This document shows, piece after piece, positions 9,546 to 19,294 of a stretch of 64,000 bases of DNA. The first letter of the stretch is position 1, and every line of letters begins with the position of its first letter. The position numbers and the translations under genes were made by a program. The notes below the pieces were generated by a model. That model had not been told where the DNA came from and ran no database searches. It was given only the letters and a program-made list of their open reading frames with translations. Origin of the DNA: Candidatus Eiseniibacteriota bacterium (GTDB taxonomy: Bacteria > Eisenbacteria > RBG-16-71-46); assembly GCA_038231135.1 (NCBI GenBank), contig JBBRLX010000006.1, positions 1-64,000 on the forward strand, in the 5' to 3' direction.

Positions 9546-11944
9546 ACGACGAACGACCCCGGAACCCCGGGCGCCGGCCCCGCGCCAGCGCCGCCGATGC
9601 CGGCAACGACACGCCGCGCCCGCAGGAATTCGATGCGCCCGCCGCCGGCCCGCCGCGCGATGACGGCGAGGATCTGTCCGGCGACCAGTCGCAGGCGGTG
9701 AACCGCTCGCGCCCGATCTATCCCGCGGCGCGGCCGAATCGCTGGACTCGCGGCGGCAGTGCCGGAGGTCCGGGAGCCCGCCCGCGATCCGGAGGCGCCA
9801 GCGGTACCGGCGGCTCCTATCGCGATCGTCCCCAGGCCGGCGGAGCCGGGCGCGGACCATCGCAGGGCGGTGCCGGCCGTGGCTACGACCGCGGCGGCCG
9901 TGGACCGGCTGCGGGCGGCGCCGGCCGCAGCTCCGACCGCGGCGGTCGCGGACCGGCTCCGGCTGCGGGCGGCCGCGGCCCGCGCGACGCCTCCCGGGGT
10001 GACGCCGGGCGTGGCTACGATCGCGGCGGACGTCCTCAGCAGGGCGGCGGGCGGAGTTTCGATCGCACGTCGCGCGGGCCCGCCCCGGGCGGCGCTCCGC
10101 GGAGCAGCGATCGTGGCTCGCGCGGACCGTCTGCGGGGGGCGCGGGGCGCGGCTACGATCGAGGCTCGCGGGGTCCGGCTCAAAGTGGCGGACGCGCGTT
10201 CGATCGCGGCGGGCGCGGCCCGTCGGCGAGCGGCAGCGATCGCAGTTTCCGCAGGCCCGAGGGCACGACCGCGGGCGGCGGCGACCGTCCGGCCCGCGGA
10301 CCAAGGCCCGGCGGCCCGCGCCGCGACGATCGCAGTCGCGGACCGGGAGCCGGACGGCGACCCGACGATCGGCGGCCGCGTCCCGAGGCCCGGCGCCCGG
10401 GCGCCAACGGCCCCGACGCCGTGGGCGATCGGCCGCGCTACGAAGGCTTCACCGGCGGCTACACCTACACCGGCCGTCCCCCGGGCCGTCCGGATGCCGA
10501 GCCCTCGCGCAGCAGCGGACGCACGTCGCGCACCGAGCGGCGCTTCGGCGATCCCCAGTCGCCGCAGCGGCGCGTCGATCCGCATCCGAACCGGCTCGAG
10601 CCCGAAGAGCGCTTCGTGATGCCTGACAACCCGCGCGAGGCGGCGCTGCGCATCCTCCACGACGTGGATACGCGGGGCATGTTCAGCGACCGGCTGCTCG
10701 ATGGCGCCCACTCGCGCGGCGGCTGGGATCCCCGCGACGAGGCGCTGCTGCACGAGCTGGTGAAGGGCACGCTCCGCTGGCGCGGCCGCATCGACTGGGT
10801 GCTCGACCAGATCGTCCACATCGGCATCGAGCAGGTGCAACCGTGGGTGCGCAACGTGCTGCGGCTCGGCGCCTACCAGATCCTGTTCCTCGACCGCATC
10901 CCCGATCACGCCGCGGTGGACGAGGCGGTCAAGCTGGCGAATCAGTACGGCCACGCCGGCACCGCCGGGCTCGCGAACAGCGTGCTGCGGCGGCTCGCCG
11001 ACGAGAAGGACTCGTTCGTGATTCCCGCCGGCGACGACGCGCCGTCGCTCGCCGCGTGGGGATCGCATCCGCTGTGGCTCGTCGAGCGCTGGCTCGCGCG
11101 GTTCGGAGTCGACGCCACCCGCGCGCTGATGATGGCGAACAACCGGCACATTCCCGTGGGACTAAGGGTGAATCCGCTGCGCGGCACCCGCGACGAGTTG
11201 ATCGCGTGCCTGGCCGTGGAGGGCGTCACCGCACGGCCCGCGCAGTATTCGCCGGACCTGGTCTGGATCGACGAGCACCAGTCGCCGGGCAAGCTCGCGG
11301 CGTTCAAGCAGGGCTACTGCACGATCCAGGACGAGAGCGAGGCGCTGGTCGGCCGGCTCGTGGGTCCACAGCCGCACGAGCGGCTCCTCGACCTGTGCGC
11401 GGCGCCCGGCGGCAAGAGCACGCACCTCGCCGAGCTGATGGGTGACGAGGGCGAAGTGTGGGCGATGGAGCGCGCGCCCGAGCGCGTGCAGAGCCTCGAG
11501 GCCGCGGTGGCGCGGCTTGGAGTCCACAGCATTCACGTGGTGCAGGGCGACGGCCGCAGCTATGCGTTCCCGATGCCGTTCGACCGCGTGCTGGTCGACG
11601 CGCCATGCTCCGGCCTCGGTGTCCTGGGGCGGCGGGCGGACGCCCGCTGGCGGAAGACGCCCGACATCCTCACCGAGATGCCGGCGATCCAGCTCGATCT
11701 GCTGGGTGCGGCGGGCCTGAGACTCCGCCCGGGTGGGGTGCTGGTCTACAGCGTATGCTCATTCGAGCCCGAGGAGACGACAGAGCTGGTGGAACGGTTC
11801 CTGCACACCAATCCGGCGTTCGTGCACGAGGATCCAAACGACCTGTTGCCTGAAGGGCTAGTGGACGAAAACGGATTCATGCGAGTGCTGCCCCATATTC
11901 ACGGTTGCGACGGCGCGTTCGCCGCCCGGTTCCGCAAGATATGA
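9542..11944 (+). CDS. rsmB: 16S rRNA m5C967 methyltransferase RsmB with a long N-terminal RG-rich extension
   Basis: NusB-like domain, DLCAAPGGKS, DAPCSG, YSVCS; GTG 9542 overlaps the fmt stop; alternative ATG at 10619. Confidence 0.92.
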   Translation: MNDERPRNPGRRPRASAADAGNDTPRPQEFDAPAAGPPRDDGEDLSGDQSQAVNRSRPIYPAARPNRWTRGGSAGGPGARPRSGGASGTGGSYRDRPQAGGAGRGPSQGGAGRGYDRGGRGPAAGGAGRSSDRGGRGPAPAAGGRGPRDASRGDAGRGYDRGGRPQQGGGRSFDRTSRGPAPGGAPRSSDRGSRGPSAGGAGRGYDRGSRGPAQSGGRAFDRGGRGPSASGSDRSFRRPEGTTAGGGDRPARGPRPGGPRRDDRSRGPGAGRRPDDRRPRPEARRPGANGPDAVGDRPRYEGFTGGYTYTGRPPGRPDAEPSRSSGRTSRTERRFGDPQSPQRRVDPHPNRLEPEERFVMPDNPREAALRILHDVDTRGMFSDRLLDGAHSRGGWDPRDEALLHELVKGTLRWRGRIDWVLDQIVHIGIEQVQPWVRNVLRLGAYQILFLDRIPDHAAVDEAVKLANQYGHAGTAGLANSVLRRLADEKDSFVIPAGDDAPSLAAWGSHPLWLVERWLARFGVDATRALMMANNRHIPVGLRVNPLRGTRDELIACLAVEGVTARPAQYSPDLVWIDEHQSPGKLAAFKQGYCTIQDESEALVGRLVGPQPHERLLDLCAAPGGKSTHLAELMGDEGEVWAMERAPERVQSLEAAVARLGVHSIHVVQGDGRSYAFPMPFDRVLVDAPCSGLGVLGRRADARWRKTPDILTEMPAIQLDLLGAAGLRLRPGGVLVYSVCSFEPEETTELVERFLHTNPAFVHEDPNDLLPEGLVDENGFMRVLPHIHGCDGAFAARFRKI
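9836..10253 (+). repeat. Degenerate ~48-nt coding repeats (approx. GGAGR-[GY/SS/SF]-DRGGRGP) in the rsmB extension
   Basis: About 7-8 imperfect units such as GAGRGYDRGGRGP, GAGRSSDRGGRGP, GAGRGYDRGSRGP; boundaries approximate. Confidence 0.8.
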
Positions 11945-13365
11945 CCCACCCGGGCCGCGGCCCGGACGAGGAATCTCCGGGACCCGCAGGCGAACCGTTG
12001 TCCGAATACGACGAGCTGTTCCGGCCCGCGGTGCCTGGGCCTGCCCCGAAACCCGTCCGGCGCTGGCCCTGGAGCCGCGCTCCGAAGCCGGCGGTGGCAC
12101 CGGCGCCACAGCCGGCCGCTGCCGAACCGCTGCGGGTCGTGGAGGTGCCGCGGCCCGCTCGCGACGCGGCCAGGCCCGGGAAACCGGCCAGGGCTGCCAA
12201 ACCGCCCCGGAAGCCCAAACTGCACCGCAAGGATCGCGCGGTCGCGGCGGATGGGGCACCGCCAGCCGCACCCCCAACGCCTTCCTTACAACCCGCCTCT
12301 CCCATCCCGGCGGCACCACCCGAGCCCGCGGCGTCGGCAGCACCTCCCCAGCCGGAGGTGGAGCCCGCTCCGCCGGTGGCCTTGTCGGGGCCCGCGGTGG
12401 CACCGGAGCCCGCGGCCAAACCGGCTCCTGTGGCGGCGCCCGCGCCCGCATCGGGACCTGCGCCGGAGGCTCAGCCTGCCGCCGCGCCGGCGGTCCCGAC
12501 CGCCGCAACGCCCGAACCGGCCGTGCCTCGCGAGGAGGAGCTGCCCACCGGCAGGCCCGGCCCGTATTTCGATCCGGCCACCGAACTGCCGGTGTTCACC
12601 AACGAGGAGATCGAGGCGCACGGGGGCACCACGCCTCCGCGGCGGCGGCTCATCGGATCGCTCGTGGTGCTGGGGGCCGCGCTCGCGGCGTTCGCGACCG
12701 GGCTCGTGGTGTTCAACAACATGATCATGCCGCGGTTCATCCACAGCACCGCCGAGGTGAAGGTGCCCGATCTGTCGAGCCTCAACTACGACCAGGCCGA
12801 GCAGGCGCTCAGGCCGCTCGGGCTCATCCTGTCGCGCGCCGGCGAGCGGTTCGATCCATCGGTGCCGCGCGGGTTCGTGTTGTCGCAGGACCCGCCGCCC
12901 GACACGCCGGTGCGCGGCCGCAAGCGCGTGATGGTGGTGGTCAGCCTCGGCGAGGAGTTCAGCTCGGTGCCGAGCCTGTTCGGCGAATCGTTGCGCAGCG
13001 CGCGGTTCCTGCTGCAGCGCTCCGGGCTGCGTGTCACCGGCATCACGCGCGCGCCGTCGGAGGAAGTCGGCGAAGGTCTCGTGTCGGGCACCGATCCGCC
13101 GGCGGAGACCGTGCTGCCGCACAACGCCACCGTCGCGCTGCTGGTGTCGTCGGGTACGGGACAGGAGCAGTATGTAATGCCCGAGCTGCTCGGCCGCGAG
13201 ATCGCCGGCATCCGCCGCCAGCTCGAGTCGCTGGGCTTTCGCGTGATCACGCCGCCCGCCGCGCCGTCGGTGGGGGCGATCGTGTACCAGGATCCGCCTG
13301 CCGGCTCACGCATCACGCTCGACAGCCCGATCAGCCTGCAGGCCACGGGGCGCGTGATCCGGTAG
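11941..13365 (+). CDS. PASTA-domain membrane protein with a Pro/Ala-rich N-terminus
   Basis: One TM helix then three PASTA repeats (VPDL..VLSQDPP, VPSL..TDPP, MPEL..YQDPP); no kinase motifs. Confidence 0.85.
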   Translation: MTHPGRGPDEESPGPAGEPLSEYDELFRPAVPGPAPKPVRRWPWSRAPKPAVAPAPQPAAAEPLRVVEVPRPARDAARPGKPARAAKPPRKPKLHRKDRAVAADGAPPAAPPTPSLQPASPIPAAPPEPAASAAPPQPEVEPAPPVALSGPAVAPEPAAKPAPVAAPAPASGPAPEAQPAAAPAVPTAATPEPAVPREEELPTGRPGPYFDPATELPVFTNEEIEAHGGTTPPRRRLIGSLVVLGAALAAFATGLVVFNNMIMPRFIHSTAEVKVPDLSSLNYDQAEQALRPLGLILSRAGERFDPSVPRGFVLSQDPPPDTPVRGRKRVMVVVSLGEEFSSVPSLFGESLRSARFLLQRSGLRVTGITRAPSEEVGEGLVSGTDPPAETVLPHNATVALLVSSGTGQEQYVMPELLGREIAGIRRQLESLGFRVITPPAAPSVGAIVYQDPPAGSRITLDSPISLQATGRVIR

Positions 13366-13394
13366 CGCCATCGCTTGCGCTACACTGTGCCGCG

Positions 13395-14165
13395 ATGACC
13401 ACTCCCGCATACCCGCTCACGCCGCCCATCGTCGCGCCGTCGATCCTGTCGGCCGATTTCTCGCGGCTCGCACCGGCGCTCGCCGTCGTGCATCCCGCCC
13501 ACGACTGGGTGCATTGCGACGTGATGGACCATCACTTCGTCCCGAACCTCACGTTCGGTCCCCTGATCGTGAAGGCGGTGCGCGCGCTCACGCGCGCGTT
13601 CGTGGACGTGCACCTGATGATCGAGAGCCCCGAGCGGCTGGCGGCGGCGTTCCGCGACGCCGGGGCCGATCAGATCACGGTGCACCTCGAAGCCTGCCGG
13701 GAGTACGGCGTGCCGCTGGCGGCCTTCGATCCCGGATCCGTGCCCAGGGAACGGGTCGAGGCCGTGCTGGACCGCGTGCGGGCCGCCGGCGCCCGGGTGG
13801 GGCTCGCGCTCAAGCCATTGACGCCGTTCGAAGCGGCGGAGCCGTTCCTCGGGCTCCTCGACAACCTGCTGATCATGACCGTCGAGCCCGGCGCCGGCGG
13901 CCAGCCGTTCATGGAGGGGATGCTGCCCAAGATCCGCGCGGCGGCGGCGTGGAAGCGCGCGCATCGCGCGGCCTGGCTGATCGGGGTGGACGGCGGCATC
14001 GATCCCGGCACGGCCCCGCGGGCCCGCGAGGCGGGCGCCGAGGTGTTCGTGGCCGGCAACGCCGTGTTCGGCCAGCCGGGCCCGGTGCGGGCCCTGGGGC
14101 AGCTCCGGGATGCCGTGGGCGCCGCCGGGCCGCGGCTCGGGGCCGAGCTGCGCCCCGGCATCTGA
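13395..14165 (+). CDS. rpe: Ribulose-phosphate 3-epimerase
   Basis: APSILSADF, HCDVMD.HFVPNLTFG, DVHLMI, MTVEPG.GGQ, VDGGI. Confidence 0.95.
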   Translation: MTTPAYPLTPPIVAPSILSADFSRLAPALAVVHPAHDWVHCDVMDHHFVPNLTFGPLIVKAVRALTRAFVDVHLMIESPERLAAAFRDAGADQITVHLEACREYGVPLAAFDPGSVPRERVEAVLDRVRAAGARVGLALKPLTPFEAAEPFLGLLDNLLIMTVEPGAGGQPFMEGMLPKIRAAAAWKRAHRAAWLIGVDGGIDPGTAPRAREAGAEVFVAGNAVFGQPGPVRALGQLRDAVGAAGPRLGAELRPGI

Positions 14166-14237
14166 AACCGGGGGGCCACCCGCCTATCTTTCATCTTCGT
14201 CATATGTTAACTTACCTGACTCTTTTGGGAAGGGTCC

Positions 14238-15566
14238 GTGTTCGAAGCACTCTCCGATCGCCTCCAGGGCATCGTTCGAAATCTCACCGGTCAGGGCCGG
14301 CTGTCGGCGGACAACATCCGCGACAGCCTGCGCGACGTTCGGCGTGCGCTGCTGGAAGCCGACGTCAACCTCACGGTGGCCAAGGACTTCATCGCGCGGA
14401 TCGAGGCGCGGGCGGTCGGCGAGGATGTGCTGAAGAGCCTGACCCCCGGCCAGCAGGTGGTCGGGATCGTGCACGAGGAGCTCGAGGCGCTGCTCGGGCA
14501 CGCGTCGGTGACGCTCGCGGGTTCGCCGCACGTACCGACGGTGGTGCTGCTCGCGGGGCTGCAGGGATCGGGCAAGACGACGTTCGCCGGCAAGCTCGGG
14601 CTGTGGCTGGCGCAGAAGAACAAGCGGGTGCTGCTTGCGAGCGTCGACGTGTACCGGCCGGCCGCGATCGAGCAGCTCGAACAACTGGCCGGGCGCGCGG
14701 GCGTCGGATTCTGGAAGGCGCCCGAGGGCACGGCCCCGAAGGACATCGCCGAAGGCGCACTGGCGCAGGCGCGAACACGGGGATTCGATTTCCTGATCCT
14801 CGACACGGCAGGGCGGCTGCACATCGACGATGCGCTCATGACGGAGCTGCGCGAGGTGCGCGCCGCCGTCAAGCCGCACCAGATTCTGCTGGTGATGGAC
14901 GGCATGACGGGGCAGGAGGCGGTGCGCGTCGGCACGGCGTTCAATGAGCAGATCGGCGTCGACGGGCTGGTGCTGACGAAGATGGACGGTGACGCGCGCG
15001 GCGGTGCCGCGCTGTCGCTGAAGCAGGTGACGGGCAAGCCGATCCAGTTCCTGGGGGTCGGCGAGAAGCTGGATGGGCTCGAAGTATTCCATCCGTCGCG
15101 GCTGGCCGGCCGGATCCTCGGCATGGGCGACGTGATGGGGCTGGTCGAGAAGGCGCGCACCGCGGTGAGCGAGCAGGACGCGATGCGGCTCGCCGAGCGG
15201 ATGCGCAAGTCGGACTTCACGCTCGACGACTTTCTCGAGCAGTTGCAGCAGGTGAAGAAGCTGGGCTCGATGGAGAGCATTCTCAAGATGCTCCCCGGCG
15301 TGTCGAAGGAAATGCTGGAGCAGGCGAAGCCCGACACGAACAAGCTCAAGTACTACGAGGCGATCCTCACCAGCATGACGCCGAAGGAACGGCGCCTGCC
15401 GCGGGTGATCGACGGCAGCCGCCGCCGGCGCATCGCGGCGGGGTCGGGCACCACGGTGCCCGAGGTGAATCGCATGCTCAAGGAGTTCGAGCAGGCGCGG
15501 ATGATGATGAAGCAGATGAAGAAAGGCCCGCGCGGGCTCGCCGCGCTGCGCGGGCGCATGCGGTAG
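14238..15566 (+). CDS. ffh: Signal recognition particle protein Ffh
   Basis: GLQGSGKTT, DTAGR, TKMDGDARGG, Met-rich M domain with SRRRRIA.GSG. Confidence 0.98.
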   Translation: MFEALSDRLQGIVRNLTGQGRLSADNIRDSLRDVRRALLEADVNLTVAKDFIARIEARAVGEDVLKSLTPGQQVVGIVHEELEALLGHASVTLAGSPHVPTVVLLAGLQGSGKTTFAGKLGLWLAQKNKRVLLASVDVYRPAAIEQLEQLAGRAGVGFWKAPEGTAPKDIAEGALAQARTRGFDFLILDTAGRLHIDDALMTELREVRAAVKPHQILLVMDGMTGQEAVRVGTAFNEQIGVDGLVLTKMDGDARGGAALSLKQVTGKPIQFLGVGEKLDGLEVFHPSRLAGRILGMGDVMGLVEKARTAVSEQDAMRLAERMRKSDFTLDDFLEQLQQVKKLGSMESILKMLPGVSKEMLEQAKPDTNKLKYYEAILTSMTPKERRLPRVIDGSRRRRIAAGSGTTVPEVNRMLKEFEQARMMMKQMKKGPRGLAALRGRMR

Positions 15567-15660
15567 CGTCACTCACATCGATCCCCAAGCGCCGCGTCAA
15601 CACCGCCACGGCGGCGGACGCGAGCCGGGACGTTCAGGAAACCTCTAAGGGAGGCTGTTC

Positions 15661-16095
15661 ATGGCAGTCGTGATTCGCCTGATGCGGGCCGGCGCGAAGA
15701 AGCGGCCCTTTTATCGCATGGTCGCAGCCGATTCGCGCCGCCAGCGTGACGGCCGGTTCCTCGAGATCCTCGGCCACTACAATCCGCTGAGCCAGCCGTT
15801 CGAGCTGGTCGTGCACAAGGACAAGGTCGAGAGCTGGATCGGCAAGGGCGCCCAGCCGTCGGAGCAGGCCGCGTCGCTGCTGCGTTCGCTCGGCATCTCG
15901 GTCCGGAGCACGCCGCAGGCCGCACCGGGCACCACGGTCGAACCGGCGACGCCCGCGGCGAAGAAGCCGGCGGTCAAGCGTGCCGTGAAGCGGACGCTGT
16001 CGGCGCGCAAGGTCGAAAAGCGCGCGCACAAGGCCGCGATGAAGAAGGCGGGAACGGTGGCGCCCGCGAAGAAGAAGAAGGCGAAGAAGTCCTGA
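15661..16095 (+). CDS. rpsP: 30S ribosomal protein S16 with a Lys/Ala-rich C-terminal tail
   Basis: IRLMRAGAKKRPFYR.VAADSR..RDGRFLE.LG.YNP, GAQPS; AGGGAGG ribosome-binding site. Confidence 0.96.
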   Translation: MAVVIRLMRAGAKKRPFYRMVAADSRRQRDGRFLEILGHYNPLSQPFELVVHKDKVESWIGKGAQPSEQAASLLRSLGISVRSTPQAAPGTTVEPATPAAKKPAVKRAVKRTLSARKVEKRAHKAAMKKAGTVAPAKKKKAKKS

Positions 16096-16198
16096 TCGGA
16101 CGCGGGCGCCCGCACCAGTGGCCCGGTTCCTGCGAATGCACGTACCAACGGCTCCACGGATGCGGTCGAAAGACCGGGCCTCGAACGCGCACGGTGGC

Positions 16199-16567
16199 AT
16201 GCTCACCGGGCGCGGGTCGCGCCGCTGGCTCGTCGCCGCACTGCTCGCGGTGCTCGCCCTGGGCTGCGCTCCCCGAGTCACGCCCGAGCAACTGGCTGCC
16301 GCGCGCCAGTCGCGGGCGCAAAAGCTGATCGAGTCCGGCAACGAATCGTATCGCATCGGCGACTACCGGCTGGCGGCGCGGCGCTATGCGGCGGCCGCGG
16401 TGGTGAAGCAGGACGATCCCGCGGCGTACTTCGGCATGGGCATGGCGCTGAGCAAGCTCGGCCGCGACGAGGAAGCCCGCACCGCGTATGCGCGGGCACG
16501 CGAGCTGGCCCGCGGAAAGCAGCCGCCGGCGGCGGCCCGTGACACGACTCCGGCGCGAAGTCCCTAG
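16199..16567 (+). CDS. Small TPR-repeat lipoprotein
   Basis: LALGC lipobox; TPR-like helices (AYFGMGMALSKLGR.EEA..AY). Confidence 0.75.
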   Translation: MLTGRGSRRWLVAALLAVLALGCAPRVTPEQLAAARQSRAQKLIESGNESYRIGDYRLAARRYAAAAVVKQDDPAAYFGMGMALSKLGRDEEARTAYARARELARGKQPPAAARDTTPARSP

Positions 16568-16666
16568 CGCCGCGTTCGCCCAAGCTCGGATGATCCCGCA
16601 CCGCCGTCGCCCAGGTCCGCACACTCACCGAGCCCTCGCGGCTCGCAACCCAGAGTCCCACCACCC

Positions 16667-17950
16667 ATGCACGATCTGAAATTCCTGCGCACCCATCGCG
16701 ACAAGGTCGAAGCCGGGGTGGCGCTCAAGGGCATGCACGTCGACCTCGCACGGTTCTACAGCATCGAGGAGCGCCGGCTCGCCGTGCTGCACGAGACCGA
16801 GCAGCTCAAGGCGCGGCGCAACAGCGCGAGCGAGGAGATCGCGGCGCGCAAGAAGCGCGGCGAGGCAGCGGCCGACGAGATCGCCGCGATGCGCGAGGTC
16901 GGCGAGCGCATCAAGGGGCTCGATGCCGAGCTCAAGCAGCTCGAGGAGGAGAGCGAGCAGCTCGCCGCGTGGATCCCGCAGCTCCCGCACGCCTCGGTGC
17001 CGCCGGGGCACGATGCCGCGCAGAACCAGACGCTGCGCACGTGGGGCGAGCCGCGGAAGTTCACGTTCCTCCCGAAGCCGCACTGGGAGCTCGCGACCGC
17101 GCTCGGGCTCCTCGATTTCGAGCGTGCCACCAAGATCGCGGGATCGGGATTCCTGCTGTTCACCGGGCTCGGCGCCCGGCTCGAGCGCGCGCTGATCGGC
17201 TTCATGCTCGACTTCCACACCACGCGGCACGGCTATCGCGAGCTGTCGGTGCCGCACGTGGTGCGCCGCGCCGTGCTGTACGGCACCGGCCAGCTGCCTA
17301 AGCTCGAAGGCGACATGTATCACATCGGTGAGGACGACCTGTTCCTCAATCCCACGGCCGAGGTGCCGGTGACGAACGTGTACCGCGAGGAGATCCTCGA
17401 GCCCGGCATGGTGCCGATGTACCTCACGGCGCACTGCGCGTCGTACCGCCGTGAGGCCGGCGCCGCGGGCCGCGATACACGGGGCATGGTGCGCGTGCAT
17501 CAGTTCGACAAGGTCGAGCTGGTGAAGATCGTGGCGCCCGAGACCAGCTACGACGAGCACGACAGGCTGGCGCGCGACGTGGCCGACATCTTCGAGGCGC
17601 TGGAGCTGCCGTATCGCGTCGTGCTGCTGTGCAGCGGCGACATGAGCTTCGCCGCCGCCAAGTGCTACGACTTCGAGGTGTGGGCGCCCGGCACCGGCAG
17701 CTGGCTCGAGTGCTCGTCGTGCTCGAACTTCGAGGACTTCCAGGCGCGCCGCATGGGCATGCGGTTCCGCCGCGAGCCCGGCGCCCGCGCCGAGCATCCC
17801 CACACGCTCAATGCCTCGGGCGTGGCGCTGCCGCGCACCTACGCGGCGCTGCTCGAGAACCACCAGACCGAGGATGGGCGCGTGCGCATTCCCGAGGCGC
17901 TGCGGCCCTACCTGGGCGGGATGGAGTATCTGGAATCGGCGGGGAAGTAA
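16667..17950 (+). CDS. serS: Serine--tRNA ligase
   Basis: N-terminal coiled coil, PTAEVP, YRREAG, RVHQFDKVE, ECSSCSN, HTLNASG. Confidence 0.97.
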   Translation: MHDLKFLRTHRDKVEAGVALKGMHVDLARFYSIEERRLAVLHETEQLKARRNSASEEIAARKKRGEAAADEIAAMREVGERIKGLDAELKQLEEESEQLAAWIPQLPHASVPPGHDAAQNQTLRTWGEPRKFTFLPKPHWELATALGLLDFERATKIAGSGFLLFTGLGARLERALIGFMLDFHTTRHGYRELSVPHVVRRAVLYGTGQLPKLEGDMYHIGEDDLFLNPTAEVPVTNVYREEILEPGMVPMYLTAHCASYRREAGAAGRDTRGMVRVHQFDKVELVKIVAPETSYDEHDRLARDVADIFEALELPYRVVLLCSGDMSFAAAKCYDFEVWAPGTGSWLECSSCSNFEDFQARRMGMRFRREPGARAEHPHTLNASGVALPRTYAALLENHQTEDGRVRIPEALRPYLGGMEYLESAGK

Positions 17951-18046
17951 CGGCGGCGGATCCCTTGAGGGTCGGCGCCCAGGGCATGTCACAGCCACCT
18001 CGCGTGCGATCTTCCGGCAGCCACGCCGCCGTGCGATGATGCGGGC

Positions 18047-19294
18047 ATGAGCCTTCCGCGCCTGCATCGCACGCTGCTCGTGGCCGGCGGCGTGCTGCTC
18101 GTCGGCGGCGTGTTCGTGTTCACGCAACTCATGATCACGCGGTTGTCGCTGGAGGTTGCCACCACCTCCGGGGTGCTCGCGCGGTTCCTGGCCCAGGCCT
18201 CGATGCCCGCCACGCGCGACGCCGTGCTGCAGAACATCCTGTCGGACGTGATCGAGAACATCGATTTCCCGATCGTGATCACCGACACGCTCGGGACGCC
18301 GCGCGCGTGGCACCAGCTCAGCATCAATTCCAATCTCGTGCCCGCGGAATCGATCGACAGCCTGTCGGCCGGCCGGACGATCTCGCCGGTGATCAGGGAT
18401 CGCATCGAGCGCGTGCGGCGCGAGGTGCGGAACCTCGATCGCGCGAACGACCCGATCGAGATGCGCCACGGTTCGGGGATCCGGCTCGGCGCCGTGCACT
18501 ACGGCGACCCCACCGTGCTGCGCGACCTGCGCTGGGTGCCGTTCGCGTCGGTGGCCGGCGTGCTGCTGCTGCTGGCGATCGGCTACGCCGGCCTCGCGAG
18601 CATGCGCGCCGCCGAGCAGCGCACGATCTGGGTGGGCATGGCGAAGGAGACCGCGCACCAGCTCGGCACGCCGCTGTCGTCGCTGATGGGGTGGGTCGAG
18701 ATGTTGCGCGGCGAGGCGGAATCGGGCGCGGTGCCCGCCGCGGCCGTGGCCGAGGCCGTGCGCGAGATGGAGCGCGACCTCGACCGGCTCAACAAGGTCG
18801 CGCAACGCTTCAGCCGCGTGGGCTCGGCGCCGAGCCTGACCGCCCAGGACGTGCGCCCGGTGGTGAAGGGCGTGGTGTCGTACATGCGCCGGCGCCTGCC
18901 GCAGGGGTCGAGCGGGGTGGCCGTGACCGAGCGCTATGACGAGGTGCCCGAGGTGATGGTGAACGCCGAGCTGATGGAGTGGGCGCTCGAGAACCTGATC
19001 TCGAACTCGGTGTCCGCGCTCGATCAGCGGCCGGGCACGATCGCGATCAGCGTGGTGAACAGCGACGCCGGCGGCGTCGAGATCGCGGTGGCCGACACCG
19101 GCCGCGGCATGAGCGCCGCGGAGCAGCGCCGCGCGTTCGAGCCCGGCTACACCACGAAGCGCCGCGGCTGGGGCCTGGGGCTCGCGCTGGCGCGGCGGGT
19201 CGTCGAGGACTACCACCAGGGCCGGATCTTCGTGAAACGGAGCGCGCCCGGGGAGGGGACGACGATGGCGGTGAGGTTGCCGGGGGTGTCGTGA
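18047..19294 (+). CDS. Membrane sensor histidine kinase
   Basis: Two TM helices, H-box AKETAHQLGTPLSSL, N-box ENLISN, DTGRG, GWGLGL. Confidence 0.93.
   Translation: MSLPRLHRTLLVAGGVLLVGGVFVFTQLMITRLSLEVATTSGVLARFLAQASMPATRDAVLQNILSDVIENIDFPIVITDTLGTPRAWHQLSINSNLVPAESIDSLSAGRTISPVIRDRIERVRREVRNLDRANDPIEMRHGSGIRLGAVHYGDPTVLRDLRWVPFASVAGVLLLLAIGYAGLASMRAAEQRTIWVGMAKETAHQLGTPLSSLMGWVEMLRGEAESGAVPAAAVAEAVREMERDLDRLNKVAQRFSRVGSAPSLTAQDVRPVVKGVVSYMRRRLPQGSSGVAVTERYDEVPEVMVNAELMEWALENLISNSVSALDQRPGTIAISVVNSDAGGVEIAVADTGRGMSAAEQRRAFEPGYTTKRRGWGLGLALARRVVEDYHQGRIFVKRSAPGEGTTMAVRLPGVS

Noticed and set aside
9836..10253. Possible CRISPR-like or non-coding repeat array
   Set aside because: Units are degenerate, in frame, vary at synonymous positions and lack unique spacers; no cas genes
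8496..11149. Long antisense ORFs of 602 and 738 aa
   Set aside because: Shadows of fmt and rsmB; low-complexity Arg/Ala/Pro translations
15567..15660. Hairpin upstream of rpsP as a ribosomal leader or SRP RNA
   Set aside because: Imperfect GC-rich stem with no recognisable SRP motif; cannot be supported without covariation data
16625..19216. 863-aa antisense ORF
   Set aside because: Shadow of serS and the histidine kinase
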